Source of the DNA: Octopus bimaculoides
Lineage: Eukaryota
Assembly (NCBI RefSeq): GCF_001194135.2
Contig: NC_068981.1
Coordinates: 57,629,623-57,693,622 of the forward strand
Reading direction: 5' to 3'
DNA: 64,000 nt
Shown here: positions 10,079-23,469 of the stretch, one piece after another
How the letters are laid out: each line of letters starts with the position of its first letter
Numbering within the stretch: the first letter of the stretch is position 1
The notes under the pieces: model-generated
Seen by the model: only the letters and a program-made list of their open reading frames with translations
Database searches by the model: none
Told to the model about the DNA's origin: nothing
Position numbers and translations under genes: made by a program

Positions 10079-13000
10079 CTGTAAAAGTTGATTTCTCATG
10101 ATTATATACCTGGCCAATTTTAGAAGAGAAATGTATATAGCAGACTGAATATTACTATTATATTATTAATGGTACTTAATTGTTGTTGTTTAACCTTACA
10201 ATTGAGTTGATCAATAATCAAAGGCTTTCCAGCTTCAACTATCCTTTTATTCAGAATTAGAATTACACTATTTAATGAGTCTTTTAAACTACTGCAGAAT
10301 GTGAGGAATGAGATTTGACTGCTATTACTAGCAGATCTTGTTGATGAATGGCTTGTGCTTCTTCTTGAGTAATAACCTTAATCCATTGTCCCTGTTGGAT
10401 CTGTTGCAGACATTGGACCAAGTCTTCAGTCTGTAGATAACCTATCAGTTGTAGCTTCTTCCTCTTTTGCTCTCACCAAACAAACAAAAAAAAAATGAGA
10501 TACCATTTCATGGTTTATGAGTTGAAAGGAATTTATTGTGTCCTTTGACTGAACATCTATTCAGCATGCTTCACTTTATCTCAGAATGGTGGATAAATAA
10601 TAGGAGGCAACACAATGACAAGAATTCTATAGTTTTTGGTTAGTATTCCAGTATCTAATTGGACTGACTCAGGATAATGGGTAGAAGGGGTCAAAGCAAT
10701 ATTTGTCACAGAATTTCATCTTAGACAAGTAATTTGATTTCTTCTGACTAGACACAGACCAATTTTGGCAGGGAAAGAGTAAAGGTGATATGTTGAATAT
10801 TGGTTCATTATTGTTAGTTACTGAAACAGGGAAAGGCAAAGATGACCCCAACAGAATTTAAACTAAGATTGTGATGAAACTAAAATTGCAATGCATTGTC
10901 TTGAAAAACTATTTCCTGTGAGTTGCAGCCAACTACTGAGTAGCAAATATAGAGCCTAGCCTCCAAGTCTTCAGCATAAAACCACAAATTTATATGGATA
11001 TGAGATTGTGAGAACATTCATAGTTTTCTTAGAAGTGATTGAATGAGTGAAGAGAATTGGCTTTAACCTTTTAGCATCCAGATAACTCTGTGAAATCTAA
11101 TGCTTATTTATTCACATTGCTTTGAATTAATCCTGCATTGTCTTGAAGTGTCAAAATTTCAATGATGTGATTGTATATTTTTTGAATGACATTATAGGGG
11201 AGGTGTGGGAGGTTGGAGTTGGTCAGTTTTAGCATTAAACACATAAATTATTAGGGCCAGTAATGACCGGTTTAAATGCTAAAGAGTTAAGAAGTAAGAC
11301 TTAATCTCAAATATATATTTTTAGAAGTTCTTGCTCTATAGTGCTGACCAACTCACTGTTGTTGAAGATTTCAACACGATATAGTGGTATTTTTATAAGT
11401 AATTTAAATATGATATTAGTAACTATATTTTTCTATAAAGCCTAGCACATTTTTGCTCAGTGAGGATTTCCTTATGTAATGAGAATCTTCCATTGATAAA
11501 TAATCTTCAGACAATCTTCATCTTGACTTCTATTAAATGATCCTTAATTATAAAACCTGAATGTCACTAATTTACTCTTTGAATAATTTTTACTTGCATT
11601 AAATGAAACAATCTTTGTTTTCTTCTCAACTTTACTAGGATGAGCAGAATATTTTCCAGATATTTTATATGGTAAATGAAATACATCACTGATTAAAAAA
11701 TCATCCCAGTAGTTTATGTAACACAAAGAATATCAGTAATAGATAGTTGGATACACCATAAATTGAGCAATTTTAGAATGGAGCTTAACAATCTACATCA
11801 TCTCTCTCTCAGCTATCTGATTTTTTGACAATTAATGTAAAATTATTATTTGAATCAATCCACTTTTAAATTAAGTCATTTTTATAAGGTCCTCTCTTGT
11901 TTTTCTCTTTATATCATTTCTGTAATTCTTGTGTTCTTATACCTCAGTATTTTTATTAGAACATATATCCATGCTTAACATTTCCTTCTGTGCATCTTTC
12001 AGTTGTGTATTTGTAATTTTATAAAGAGAGTAATGAGGGTTTAATAACTGAAAGAGTATGATCATGAATATAAGTAACCAAAATGAGGTTCTCTGAATGG
12101 AATGGTCTCTGAAGTAACAGTACTTGACAGGGTGTGTAGCTTGAAGATCAGGGTATCTCTCCAGGTTGACCCATCACTTTTCTGCTCTGGTACATCACTT
12201 TTTATGCTCTGGTACATAGAAATGTGATTAGAATGTCACAGAAAAAAAATCTCAAGATAAATCCTTTAATCTGAGTTAACAGGCAAGGAGACCTAGTAAT
12301 AGACCAAGAATGAGATGGCTGAATAATATCCATAGTCTCAGTTGGTCATGCTTTGGGATCTAGTCAGAAAGTCTAATGACAGATGCTTCTGATAGGACCT
12401 TATGGAGGAGGTGCCTGAAGACTCTTCTCCCACAATCCTCCCAGGAATAGCGTGGAAGGAGAAGATGGATGGATAATGATTGAGTAAGAAGTTCTCAGCC
12501 TCAATTCAAAGAATAAAAAACTTCTGTCTAACCATAATAACATCAAGAAATAGCAAAAGGAAACTAAAGAGAATTAAAGATTTCATGGTAGGTGAGCTCT
12601 ATACGAAGATCATTATATTCATATGAAATTATAAAGGTCACTAACTTCATAGAATTTATTCTCCCACTTGCAAGTGGCCTTTCTATCCACCCAGTACAGT
12701 TACAATAAGGAAGTTGGATACTACAATGAAACCCAGGAGTGTAAAAGGAACTTTAATTCTAATGACAAGGAGCTGTGTGGCACCATAACCACAGTGAAGA
12801 CAATCCATCTAGGAAAGGAGATATTCTGGACTAGAACTGATATAAGATGGAGAAGGGCCTTAATCTTGCAAGGCAAGAAAGCATGTATCTAGTGCTGCTA
12901 GCAGTTGTTGATAAGAAAGGCAGCTAGTCATGAAATCTTTGCTTAAAATCATGAAACTGAAGATTACAGTTTGTAACAGCAATTGTGTTAACAGAACTGA

Positions 13001-13299
13001 TATCAGATACATTAGTACTATGCACAAAGGGATAGTGCCTGATGTGAAAAGTCTCTTGACTATTATCAAGTCTTCTTTTCAGAATCTACATTCCAAGCTT
13101 GCCATTGTTGATATTGGTAAAAATGAAGGATAGAATGGTGGGAGATAGTTAAGATGTTAGAATAGAAATAGTTGGATGCATGTTGTGTGCAAAAAGTGAC
13201 ATGGGAAAGGTACTTCACCTAAACACACAAGGAAGCAAAAGCACTGGTTTCACTGATGATGTATGTATACTCAAAGCAGAGAAGTAGATAAATGTTAAT

Positions 13300-14450
13300 T
13301 GAAATCATCAGAATGAGTAAGTAAACTCAAAGTACTATTATACAGTATGATAGCAACTGTTTTCTCTACTTGTACTTTACAAGTAAAATTGAGAGATGAG
13401 CAAAATTACTGAAACAACCATGCAAGCTACCTTGAGAACTCATGACAATGATATTGTCAACATAGCTTCTGATTTTAATGATTATCTAGAATATACTGGT
13501 ACACATGGAGGCAATAGTCATATTACAAAAATCTTGGTCAAGGAAGGATCAACACTTCAAGAGTTCTGTGGTGCAAATGACCTAACAAAACAAACTTTGG
13601 TAAAGCAACTAGCCAGTGGGTTTAAGAGCTAGGTTAGCTTTATATTTACCAGATAACATGGGATGCTAACAAGCATTCCAGTGAAGTTTTCAGTTTCCTC
13701 CCCCATTCCTGTTTTTATTTGCAAATATTCAAGTTGTGCCTTAACAACATCAATCTCACTAATTTGGGAGAGCCTGAAAAGATCATTGGCACTTCTTCTA
13801 AGTAGAAGGAAAAAAGATTAATGGTTATCAAATTAAGGCTGAGGACCAAACACATTCAGAAACCCAGCCTAATATAAGGAATAGGAGGGTATGCACAAAA
13901 GCAAAATTTCCAAACAGCTCCTGTTGAAGATGATTTCAATAGCAAAGAGAATAGATTACAATATAGAAGTTGGGAATTTCTAAGTGACAAGCAGTTTCAA
14001 GTTATTGACCACTTCAGTAGAAAGAACAAGGCTGCAACTAAAAGCAGGCAATGCGATGGACAGGATTACAAGGGTTAAGCAGCATTCCAAGAAATAATAG
14101 CAAAAAATTGTGTAGCAAGGATACTAGTAAATCATGAGCATTGATCATAGAAGATCGGTGGGGATAGAGAGAAATGAGTAAAACATATCTGTTGAATGCG
14201 TAATGTTAGCTTTGAGATACTCAGCCCAAATCAGTAAAGGGTACCCAAAGAAAAGAAAACATGGTAATATGTGGTAAGGAAACATCTCAGGATATTGAAC
14301 CTCACAGAAGATGAAAGATTGAAACAGTCATTAATATGTTGTGCAGTAGATGTATGTCTAACACATTCCATCGTGGGAAAAACAGATGTTAAAATGTTAA
14401 TGGTGATGATTATGAACTGAAAGAACCAGCAACTATTTAATAAGGATAGT
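13300..14450 (+). mobile_element. Degraded RTE ORF2 (AP-endonuclease region)
   Basis: ORF 13396-13632 contains DFN...GTHGG...QEFCGANDL, a decayed APE-domain signature. Confidence 0.55.
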
Positions 14451-14647
14451 AAACACAATTCCTCACTTGATTTTTGGTTTTGATTAGATGCGAAAAAAAA
14501 AAAGTCTAAGGGAGTGAACTCTTATTCAGCATTCAACCACATACGCCAGTACTTTTTTCTCTATATTATCTTGATTTATTTACACTCCAGAATTTATTAA
14601 TATGTAAGGTATAATGTTGAATATTCTAAATAGCATTCCATTCTTAC

Positions 14648-14822
14648 CATGAGCAACCAGTTCTTTGCAAAGTGACAGGAAACCTCGATTAGCTCCAATA
14701 CACAAAGCAACGAAAGCTCTGAAGTCAATCCAGTCTCTTCGAACATCTTCTTCCATAGCTAATATATATTGACTTGTAGGTGCTTCAAATTGAGTGTCAT
14801 GAGTTACTCCTAATCTGAAAAC
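14648..14822 (-). CDS. ANKRD60: ANKRD60-like exon 3: VFRLGVTHDTQFEAPTSQYILAMEEDVRRDWIDFRAFVALCIGANRGFLSLCKELVAHG
   Basis: tttttgaaag acceptor, GTAAGA donor, 175 nt phase 0-1. RAFVAL motif as I recall it from ANKRD60. Confidence 0.85.
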
Positions 14823-15509
14823 CTTTCAAAAAAGATAGCAAATCACACCTATAATTTACTTTAACTTCTTTCATACATACAAAGATTTAAATGGGAAGGA
14901 ACAGAAAACTGCAACATTTATATCTTCCTTTGAAATTAAAACTAAATAACAGATGCAGCTTATCTCTATTTATAGTCACCATCAGAGGTGTAGCCAGGTT
15001 CTAAATTTAACGGGAATGAGCACATAAAAAAAATGGTGTTGTGACACATACCAAACAATTTTTAACTCATTTCTCTTATATAACACAAAATATTTCATTA
15101 GTTATAATATACAAAATTGTATTCTACAGTCATTACTTTCATGCTTCAGGAACAATGTCATTATGTATGAAACTTACAGCTACTGATATAAACAACGAGA
15201 GAATTTTAAAGATTTGTTGAAAAAGATGCCAATTTTGAAAAATATGTTCAGAGGGAGCAGCCTCTCCCCTTGATCCACATTAGCTATGCCACTGGTCACT
15301 GCCAAGGAAAAAAATATTTCTAATAAGAGGTTGCAAGAAGCAATGAAAATTTTAGGAAAAACACTAAAAAATGAGTGGAAATTGAACCAATGTGCATTAA
15401 AACAGAATGATTCTCCCCAGATACAACAAAGTTCTAAGTTTTATTCTTTATTCTTAATTCTCTTATATAGGATTTAGTAATTATATACACTGGTTTCAAT
15501 TTTGGCATG

Positions 15510-15910
15510 AGGATAGCAATTGGAGGGGGGAGGACTTGATTACATCAAGCTCAGAGTTAAACTGGTACTTATTTTATTGTCCCTGAAAAGATGAGAAGTG
15601 GAATTTGAAATCAGAAAGTGAAGATGGATGAAATACCGTTAAGTATTTTGCCTGGCATTCTAATGATTCTGCCAGGTCACTACCTTAGAAATCTTACATA
15701 TATTGGTTTCAAATTTTGACACAAGGTCAGCAATTTTGGGGGAGTGAGTAAGTTGATTAAATCAACCCCAGTGCTCAACTGGTACATATTTTACCAACCC
15801 TGAAAGATTGAAAGGCAAAGTTGACAGTATTTGAACTGAGAATGTAAAGATGGGACAAAATGCTGCTAAACATTTTGCCTAGTGTGATAACGATTCTGCC
15901 AGCTCACCGC
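15510..15910 (-). mobile_element. Two tandem copies of a tRNA-derived SINE (family repeated across the window)
   Basis: Shared motifs AACTGGTACTTATTT / GAATTTGAACTCAG / GATTCTGCCAG recur at about 19680, 19905, 53090, 53745, 58760, 61530 and 61740. Confidence 0.75.
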
Positions 15911-16388
15911 CTTAGTAGTCATATATTAAGATATACACTTTACATTATTCACTTTAAATTAATTCAATATACCAATGCTAAAAAAGTATACAGTATATGG
16001 ATTTTTTTTCATGATTTAGTACATGACAGGTTTTATAGGGGAAATGAATATAGTCAACTGAATATTATTACTATATTACAAATGGTATTTATTTTATCAA
16101 TCTTGGAAAAATAAAGTATGTAAAACTCATGAAACATTTAATTCAGTTCTTAACTGTTAGTGCCATTACTTGTTTCAGTCATTTTGACTGTGGCCATGCT
16201 GGAGCACAACCTTTTTAGTCAAAGAAATTGTCCCTAGACTTATTCTTTGTAAGACTGGCACTTATTCTATCAGTCTCTTTTGCTGAACAGCTAAGTCATG
16301 GGGACGTAAACACATCAACATTGGTTGTCAAGCGACAATGGTGAGACAAACACAGACACACAATTATACACACATGCACACACACACA

Positions 16389-16448
<60 letters not shown>

Positions 16449-17020
16449 NNNNNNNNNNNNNNNNNNNNNNNNNNNNNNNNNNNNNNNNNNNNNNNNNNNN
16501 NNNNNNNNNNNNNNNNNNNNNNNNNNNNNNNNNNNNNNNNNNNNNNNNNNNNNNNNNNNNNNNNNNNNNNNNNNNNNNNNNNNNNNNNNNNNNNNNNNNN
16601 NNNNNNNNNNNNNNNNNNNNNNNNNNNNNNNNNNNNNNNNNNNNNNNNNNNNNNNNNNNNNNNNNNNNNNNNNNNNNNNNNNNNNNNNNNNNNNNNNNNN
16701 NNNNNNNNNNNNNNNNNNNNNNNNNNNNNNNNNNNNNNNNNNNNNNNNNNNNNNNNNNNNNNNNNNNNNNNNNNNNNNNNNNNNNNNNNNNNNNNNNNNN
16801 NNNNNNNNNNNNNNNNNNNNNNNNNNNNNNNNNNNNNNNNNNNNTATATATATATATATATAATGAGCTTTTTTCAGAATAAAAGAAAACTTCAAACCTT
16901 TAGAAACCATAGAACGTTTGGAATCATGCAATAAAGAAAGAAGACAAATGTTTCTTTTTTTTCCTTCTTTTCTTAATCTGAGGAGGGACAAGCCAGATAA
17001 AAGTTAAGGCATTTACAAAC

Positions 17021-17145
17021 CTCATAAACATCACCTTTAATTGCTGCTTTTACAAACTCTCTCCATATTGTCCAGACATCAAGATCTACTTCTGTTTTAG
17101 GAAGAATACGGTTTTCTGTAAGGGTTGTGTCATCCAACAAATCTG
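17021..17145 (-). CDS. ANKRD60: ANKRD60-like exon 2: ADLLDDTTLTENRILPKTEVDLDVWTIWREFVKAAIKGDVYE
   Basis: NAGNAG acceptor (cagcag, start 17145 or 17142), GTTTGT donor; completes the ubiquitin-like fold (LDDTTL). Confidence 0.85.
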
Positions 17146-20100
17146 CTGCATTGGACAGGTAAACAGATAAAAAGAGTGTCAGTAAATAGACTCAGAGTCT
17201 TTTCTATAAAATACAGGGAATGTTAGTTACCACTACTACATTGTAACTTTAAAGAAGAAGCCATGGAAAGAGTTGATATTTATCAATTGTTGCAAGGAAA
17301 TTATATTTATTAAATGTGTGTAAACGTATGTCATTCTATCTGTTTGTATGACTATGTGGTTAAGCAGTTCACTTTGAAAATACATGGTGCCAGGTTTGAT
17401 CTCACAACACAGCACATTTGGCAAATACCCTCAGATTGACTGATACCTTGTAAGCGGCATTTGATAGTCAAAAACCCATAATATTTATACACACACACAA
17501 ACATACGTGTGTGTGTGTGCGTGTGTGTTTGTGCATGTACATCTTTCACCTGTGTACCTCAAGGAAAGATATAAAGAACAAGGAGGAAAACAGAAAAATG
17601 ATATTTTTATGAAGTTCCTGGAGATATTTTTTCCCCACTGAGTTTTCTTATTATCAGAAATGCAGTGAACGAAGGGGTGGCCAGTTGGAAATTTGGAACC
17701 AGTAACCCTATTGTTTACATATTGCAATATGCAATATATAAAATATTTATTAATCATTTAATTATACTGCCAGTAAATGAACAATATGCAAATTAGTTTA
17801 ACCATTTCAGTTAGATCTTGGTTTGTGTTTGATTTAGTGTTAGCTATTCAGTTCTCTTCATTCAAGATAAAAAGGGGTATATCTTCCTATCATTTATCCC
17901 TCCATCACTCTTCTAACAACTGCATTATTCTGTAATCAATTAAGAGCAGAACTACATGTACCATCATCCTCTCTTGTGCTACTAATTATCTTTCCCTCTT
18001 CTCTGAACTACTGCCTCTTGACATCTATCCCCTTATTCTTCACACCACTCATATTATCCACTGACTACCCTTTCTATGCTGCCAGTATCACTCCCTTTCC
18101 TTAGAGACACTTCCTGTTAACACCCATATTTCATTAAGAACACCATTTCATACTACCATCAATCACTCTGACATTTTTGCCATTCACTTCATTCAAACCT
18201 ATGTACGTCTAACCACTCCAACTCCATCATTGTGTCTTTCACTCTCCCACCAACTCCTGCGATCTTTGGCCTTCTACCTCCACCCATTATTTTTCCATCT
18301 CTCATCCCTCCCCTATTAATTATATTAGTCTGCTGCTCTTGGGTGTAAAATCTAGGCCAGTGTTTCCAACCTATTTTCTCCCAGGCCTCACTATAACTTC
18401 CCAGAAAAATGTATTCCTCACTGGTGGTTAGAAAAGAACAACTTTATTTTTAATATTTTATCAAAATTATTTTATACAAAAGCATCTACCAGTAACTCTT
18501 TTATTAAGCACTGAGGGTAGAAATGATAATACCATATTGGATGAACCTTACTTTGTCTATATTTCTTATATTAGATAAAGGAACAAGGACCTTCGGCTAG
18601 CCATGACAATTGTTTCGATTGCCACCATAAGAGATAGACCATCTGATCCCAAAATAATTCAGGTTTTCCCAATCTGTATTTGAAATTGTAGTAATCATTC
18701 TTCTGCCTTACAATCTAATATGTTTATGTAACTACTATAATTTGCCTTTATATTCATAGTGTATAAGCACACTCTTTATTTTGGACATACCAACTCTTGA
18801 TCACTATATGTACATATGTACATATGGATGGATGCATTAATGGTATGCATGTCTGTAGAGTACTCAGCCACTTGCAAGTTAATTTTATCCTCATGTGGTA
18901 ATGAAAAGTGAAAGTGACATCCAATATTTGCTGTAGTTATTTGTCTTTGATTTAACAATATCTATGTATCAACTTTCTTTTGATCTATGTATCTATCTCT
19001 TTCACTTCCTCTGTGTACCTCTTCTCTCCCACTTTTAATTTAACAATGTGTGTATGTATCAACTTTTCTTTTGATCTCTGTATCTACTTTTCTTGTGATG
19101 TGATAAACATTTAAAAACAAAACGAACGCCATCACCACTCACTGTCTCTTTCTCTCTTACTTCCTCTCTGAAACAATTATATAACACAAAACGAACACCA
19201 TCACCACTCAATGTCTCATTCACTCTCTCTTACTTCCTCTCTCTCACTTCTTCTTTTGAAGTGTAACACACACTACTGGTACGTACAAAACAAACAAAAC
19301 TAAGTGTATTAATATTATTGACATATACACCCTGAACTCTAATCATCTATTTCTCTCCTCCTCTCACATCACACTAGTGGAGTTAACCACTCACTCTTCC
19401 TAATCCCTTGTCTATTCTTTCTTATACTCACCTTCTTGTATTTTGAAAGTATGTTCTGACACTTCATCACTATCAGTTTTCTTTCCAGTTACTTCCACCC
19501 TTATATAACACAAGGCAACCATGTATCTCCTCTACAGCAAGACACCTGTGCCCGTTCATCTGTCATACTTCAGCATCTCAACACTGGGCATAGAGTCACT
19601 TCCCTGTCTACTGCAATCCCATTCAGTTGAAGAGTCATTTTCTTTGTCTTGCGAGTTAATCAGCAACCTCACTAGTGCCAATATTTTGTCTGTGTGAACA
19701 TTCTGAGTTCAAATTCCACCAAGGTTGACTTTGCCTATCATCCTTGTGCCTTTAGTAGAAAGGATATTAGGAAAGGCATCCAGCTGTAGAAATCATGTCA
19801 AAACAAATACTGGAGCCTAATGCAGTCTTCCAGTTCACTAGATCCTGTCAAACCATCCAACCCATGCCAGCATAGAAGATGGACATGAAATGATAATCCT
19901 TTCTACTAAAGGTACAAGGCCTGAAATTTGGGGGAAGGAGCTAGTTGATTTCATCAACCCAATGTGTAACTGGTACTTATTTAACTGACCTCGGCGGAAT
20001 TTGAACTCAGAACGTAGCAGCAGATGAAATACTGCTAAGCATTTCGCCCAGTGTGCTAATGATGATGATGATGATGACTGAAATACATGTGTGTGTATGA

Positions 20101-20899
20101 ATGTGTATGCATGTCTATGTGTTTGTGTTTATCACTGCTTGGAAAATGCAGGCTGCATTTTAACAGCAGCAAGAGTTGCAAACTCTGTTTGGTAGGGAAG
20201 TGGATGGTCCTGAACAATTCTCTTCATCTGGATAGTTTACTGAATTCCAAAAAGGATATTTTTATGCCTTGCTTCCACAAATGTGAATATAGTCTAAACT
20301 GGTTGAGTCCTACTAAGCAGTTGAGATTGGTGTAATTTATTCCATTCCAACACTCTCAGACATTCTTTTCCTTATCCCTAAACACCTCTCATATGTACAC
20401 ATACGTACATGTAATACTCTAACATTGCCTTTTCCTCCATCCACTTGCTTTACAATATAACTTTTTTCATACCAGGGTAAATAACTTTGAAAGCCTTTTC
20501 CAAAATGTCTCTTGATAAATTAAAGGTTTTCTTAGGTTTCATTTTCCAGCTTCCTGCAGCCAAGTAGTTTGCTTTGCTTTTACCCTTCTACCTGACCAGA
20601 TGTTAATTTTTGAAACTCCAGTACAAATGATGTCTGGTTATACATTTCCAGTCAAATGATGATTAGGTGATTTCACTTTCTGCTTAGAAAAGTCTGATCT
20701 TGCATGAAATCGCCTGGCATTTTTGCTTCGCCACAACATTGTTTTTAATTTATAATTTTATATTCAAACTGTTTGTCTGTTTGTATGTGTGTATATGTGT
20801 ATGCGTGTGTGCATGCATGTGTGTGTATATGTATGTATGTAATTTAGAATAAAATCTGACAGGCCACCTACTTGGTTGCAAGGTTATGAAGGACAGCAG

Positions 20900-21460
20900 T
20901 TTGTTTTGTTTATCATCCTTACAAATTTTTATTACCCCAGATATTGTGATCATTTGTAGTGTACAAATTAAAGAGTTGAATACTCTTCCAAAGAATCCAA
21001 GATCAGCCATACTTTGCTTTAGGTGGATTGGGATGTATCCTCCTGCTCCGATAATAATAGTTATGAATCTGAAAGTGCATCCTGAGCACTAGATTTGCAA
21101 ACTCTTTATCAATGGTCCATAGATGTTCTCTTTCTCTTGTATTTTCTAACCACGCTGAGTCCTGGGGGTAGCTGATTTCCACAATGGAACACATCTTTTC
21201 CTTGCAGTCACACACAATAATATCTGGCTGGTTGTGTTTTAACTTAGTTGCTGTTTTAATTTTTAAATTCTGTCAATATCTTATTGACCCATTAGTCTCA
21301 ATAAGGTCAACTTCATTTGTGGATGTTTTCTTTTTTGTTATCCTAGTCCAAACTGTTCTGCCCACCACACCATGCCTCATGGGAAGATGATATCTGGAAA
21401 ATATTCTCTCACAGTTGGCAATAACGTAGTTGATGTCTTCAGTCTTGGTCTTGCTTAGCA
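20900..21460 (-). mobile_element. Fragment of a restriction-like-endonuclease (REL) non-LTR retrotransposon (R4/Dong/NeSL/HERO-type)
   Basis: Minus-strand peptide INYVIANCERIFSRYHLPMRH...KLKHNQPDIIVCDCKEKMCSIVEISYPQD: zinc-knuckle/RH motif followed by a PD..(D/E) REL motif. Confidence 0.7.
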
Positions 21461-23469
21461 TGCATGGATGGATGCATGTAAGTAGGTAAATATTACATTC
21501 TAGCAGGTATCAAAGAAAAAGAGAAACATAGTGACATATGAAATTAACTATCTTTGAAAAGATGAGATATTCCTTACTATAATGCCTTTGATCTTAGGTC
21601 TGGCCAACCTGACTAGCCCTAGAAATGACCTGGAGTTAATTAATCAGTAACCCACATACTTTACAACAAACCAACATTACCTCCATAAATTGAGTCCTAA
21701 ATAACAACCTTCAATCTAGTCTCTTTCAACAGTGCAAAGATATAATTGTGACATGTTCTAGAAAAAGAAAGTCCTTTACTTCATCCTCTACAGCTCCAAG
21801 TTCAGAGATGCACTGTTTCTTCTCTCTGCCTGTGTTCTTATGAACTGGTTTGCCTACATTTCCCATCAACTCGGCCAAAATGATTTACTCATATCTCCTC
21901 CACTCATTCCCCCTACTGTTTTTCACTTCTTATTTTCTGCACAAAGCACTTCAGTTAATTATTCTGTCCCAGAACTGAAACTCCCTGGAATTCATTACTC
22001 TCATTACCCATTACTCTCTGGAATTCATTACTTGTCTATATTTTTTTCTCTGCAGATACAAAACTTGGCACAACTTGCAAAGGACATGAGCACTGCCCTC
22101 TTTTCTTTGACTAACTTTAAAAAAAAAAAAAGAGATCAGGTCAACTACTATACAATTGAAAATCAAACCTGCACTGCAGGTATTCCATTGTATATTTGTA
22201 TAGTTTACTTAATTGTGTTTTTCAGAATAAATATCAGATCTTCAGGGTATGTCTATCACCTGAGATAGACTGACTTTTTAATTAAAGAGTTTATATTTCA
22301 CCTGCTTCTTGCCAAAAAAAGTAAAGCTAACAGAAGTCTTAACACAACACATTTTTTTTTTTACTGAATGTCCATAAAACCTAAAGACAACATACATTAG
22401 AATACATCTGACATACTGAGGATGATGCACCCTCTTCTTTAATATATTCTAGATTACATAAAAATAATTTGAGCAGATATTAAGTAAGCTTTAACTCATC
22501 AGTCTACAAACACTGACCTAGGTCATACTGTGTCTCATTTTCATCTCGTTTGCAATTAACTATAGTGGACACTGTTTTGAACTTGTAGATTATGCAATGT
22601 CCTAAAGTAAATCAATTTCATGCACTTGTCTCTCTCTCTCTTCCATCAAAATAATTGTCAATATTTTGAATGGTATGTAGAAGACTACAGTGGCATGTAA
22701 GATAAGATAAATGGGAGGAGAGTAATGTATAAAGAATGGGTTTAGGTGAGCCATTCAGGGAAGTATTGTAATAATAGTTGTAGAAATAGATGTGTCTATT
22801 TAATTGATTGGAAAGTGATTGTAGAGACTCAGAAAGTAATGGTTTGTCTACTTAGCAAGCTAACAAGTAGTTAGCAGGTTTTATAAACACATGCATATGG
22901 CAGGTACTTTGATCCATATATCTGAACAGAATTTTTGTACAGAATGTATTTTTACCATACCTAAAACTATTCAATGATGACATATTAATTGTCTCTCAAA
23001 AGAAAAATTAAATATTTGTGCTGCAATCTTAGCTATATGAAGAAAGTGCATGCTCCCATATGTCACAAGAAACTGTTTGGCATGGCATTTACAATGTAGT
23101 TTACAGCTTTTAGCTATCAGCAAATAGTTTATGAATGACACGTTTCCTTGAGATATATAGTTTTAAATGACAATGGAATGAGACACTCCCACCAGAGGTG
23201 ATGCCAAAAAGGGTAAAATATTGTCTAAGTAAGTAGACAGCCTAAAATATCTAGGTTTTGTTTGTGGGAGACACTAAGAGCAGAGGTATAGCTATAATCA
23301 AAGATCAAAATTGGTATTCTATGTTGATATCTTTGTGACCAGGTATATACTGTAAGCTTACTCTCCAGTGCTTGAAATGTTGAAATAAAACTTGTCTGCA
23401 ATTGTAATTACATTTGTGTTTTGTTACCATATAAATTACTAATGTGTATTTTATGTTTACTGAAACAAG

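Noticed and set aside
11943-12047. 105-nt open segment with AG/GT ends (LLNPHYSLYKITNTQLKDAQKEMLSMDICSNKNTE), minus strand
   Set aside because: Open only in phase 0-0, but it sits in a phase-1 intron (exon 3 to exon 4), so inclusion would break the ANKRD60 frame.
16296-16991. Long ORFs in the track spanning N-runs (also 25282-26338, 28079-28552, 42128-42621, 50075-50982, 51594-52453)
   Set aside because: Artefacts of assembly gaps and (TA)n repeats; X-filled, with no coding signal.
21840-22268. 142-aa plus-strand ORF
   Set aside because: AT-rich, contains a local duplication and a poly(A) run, with no domain-like composition.
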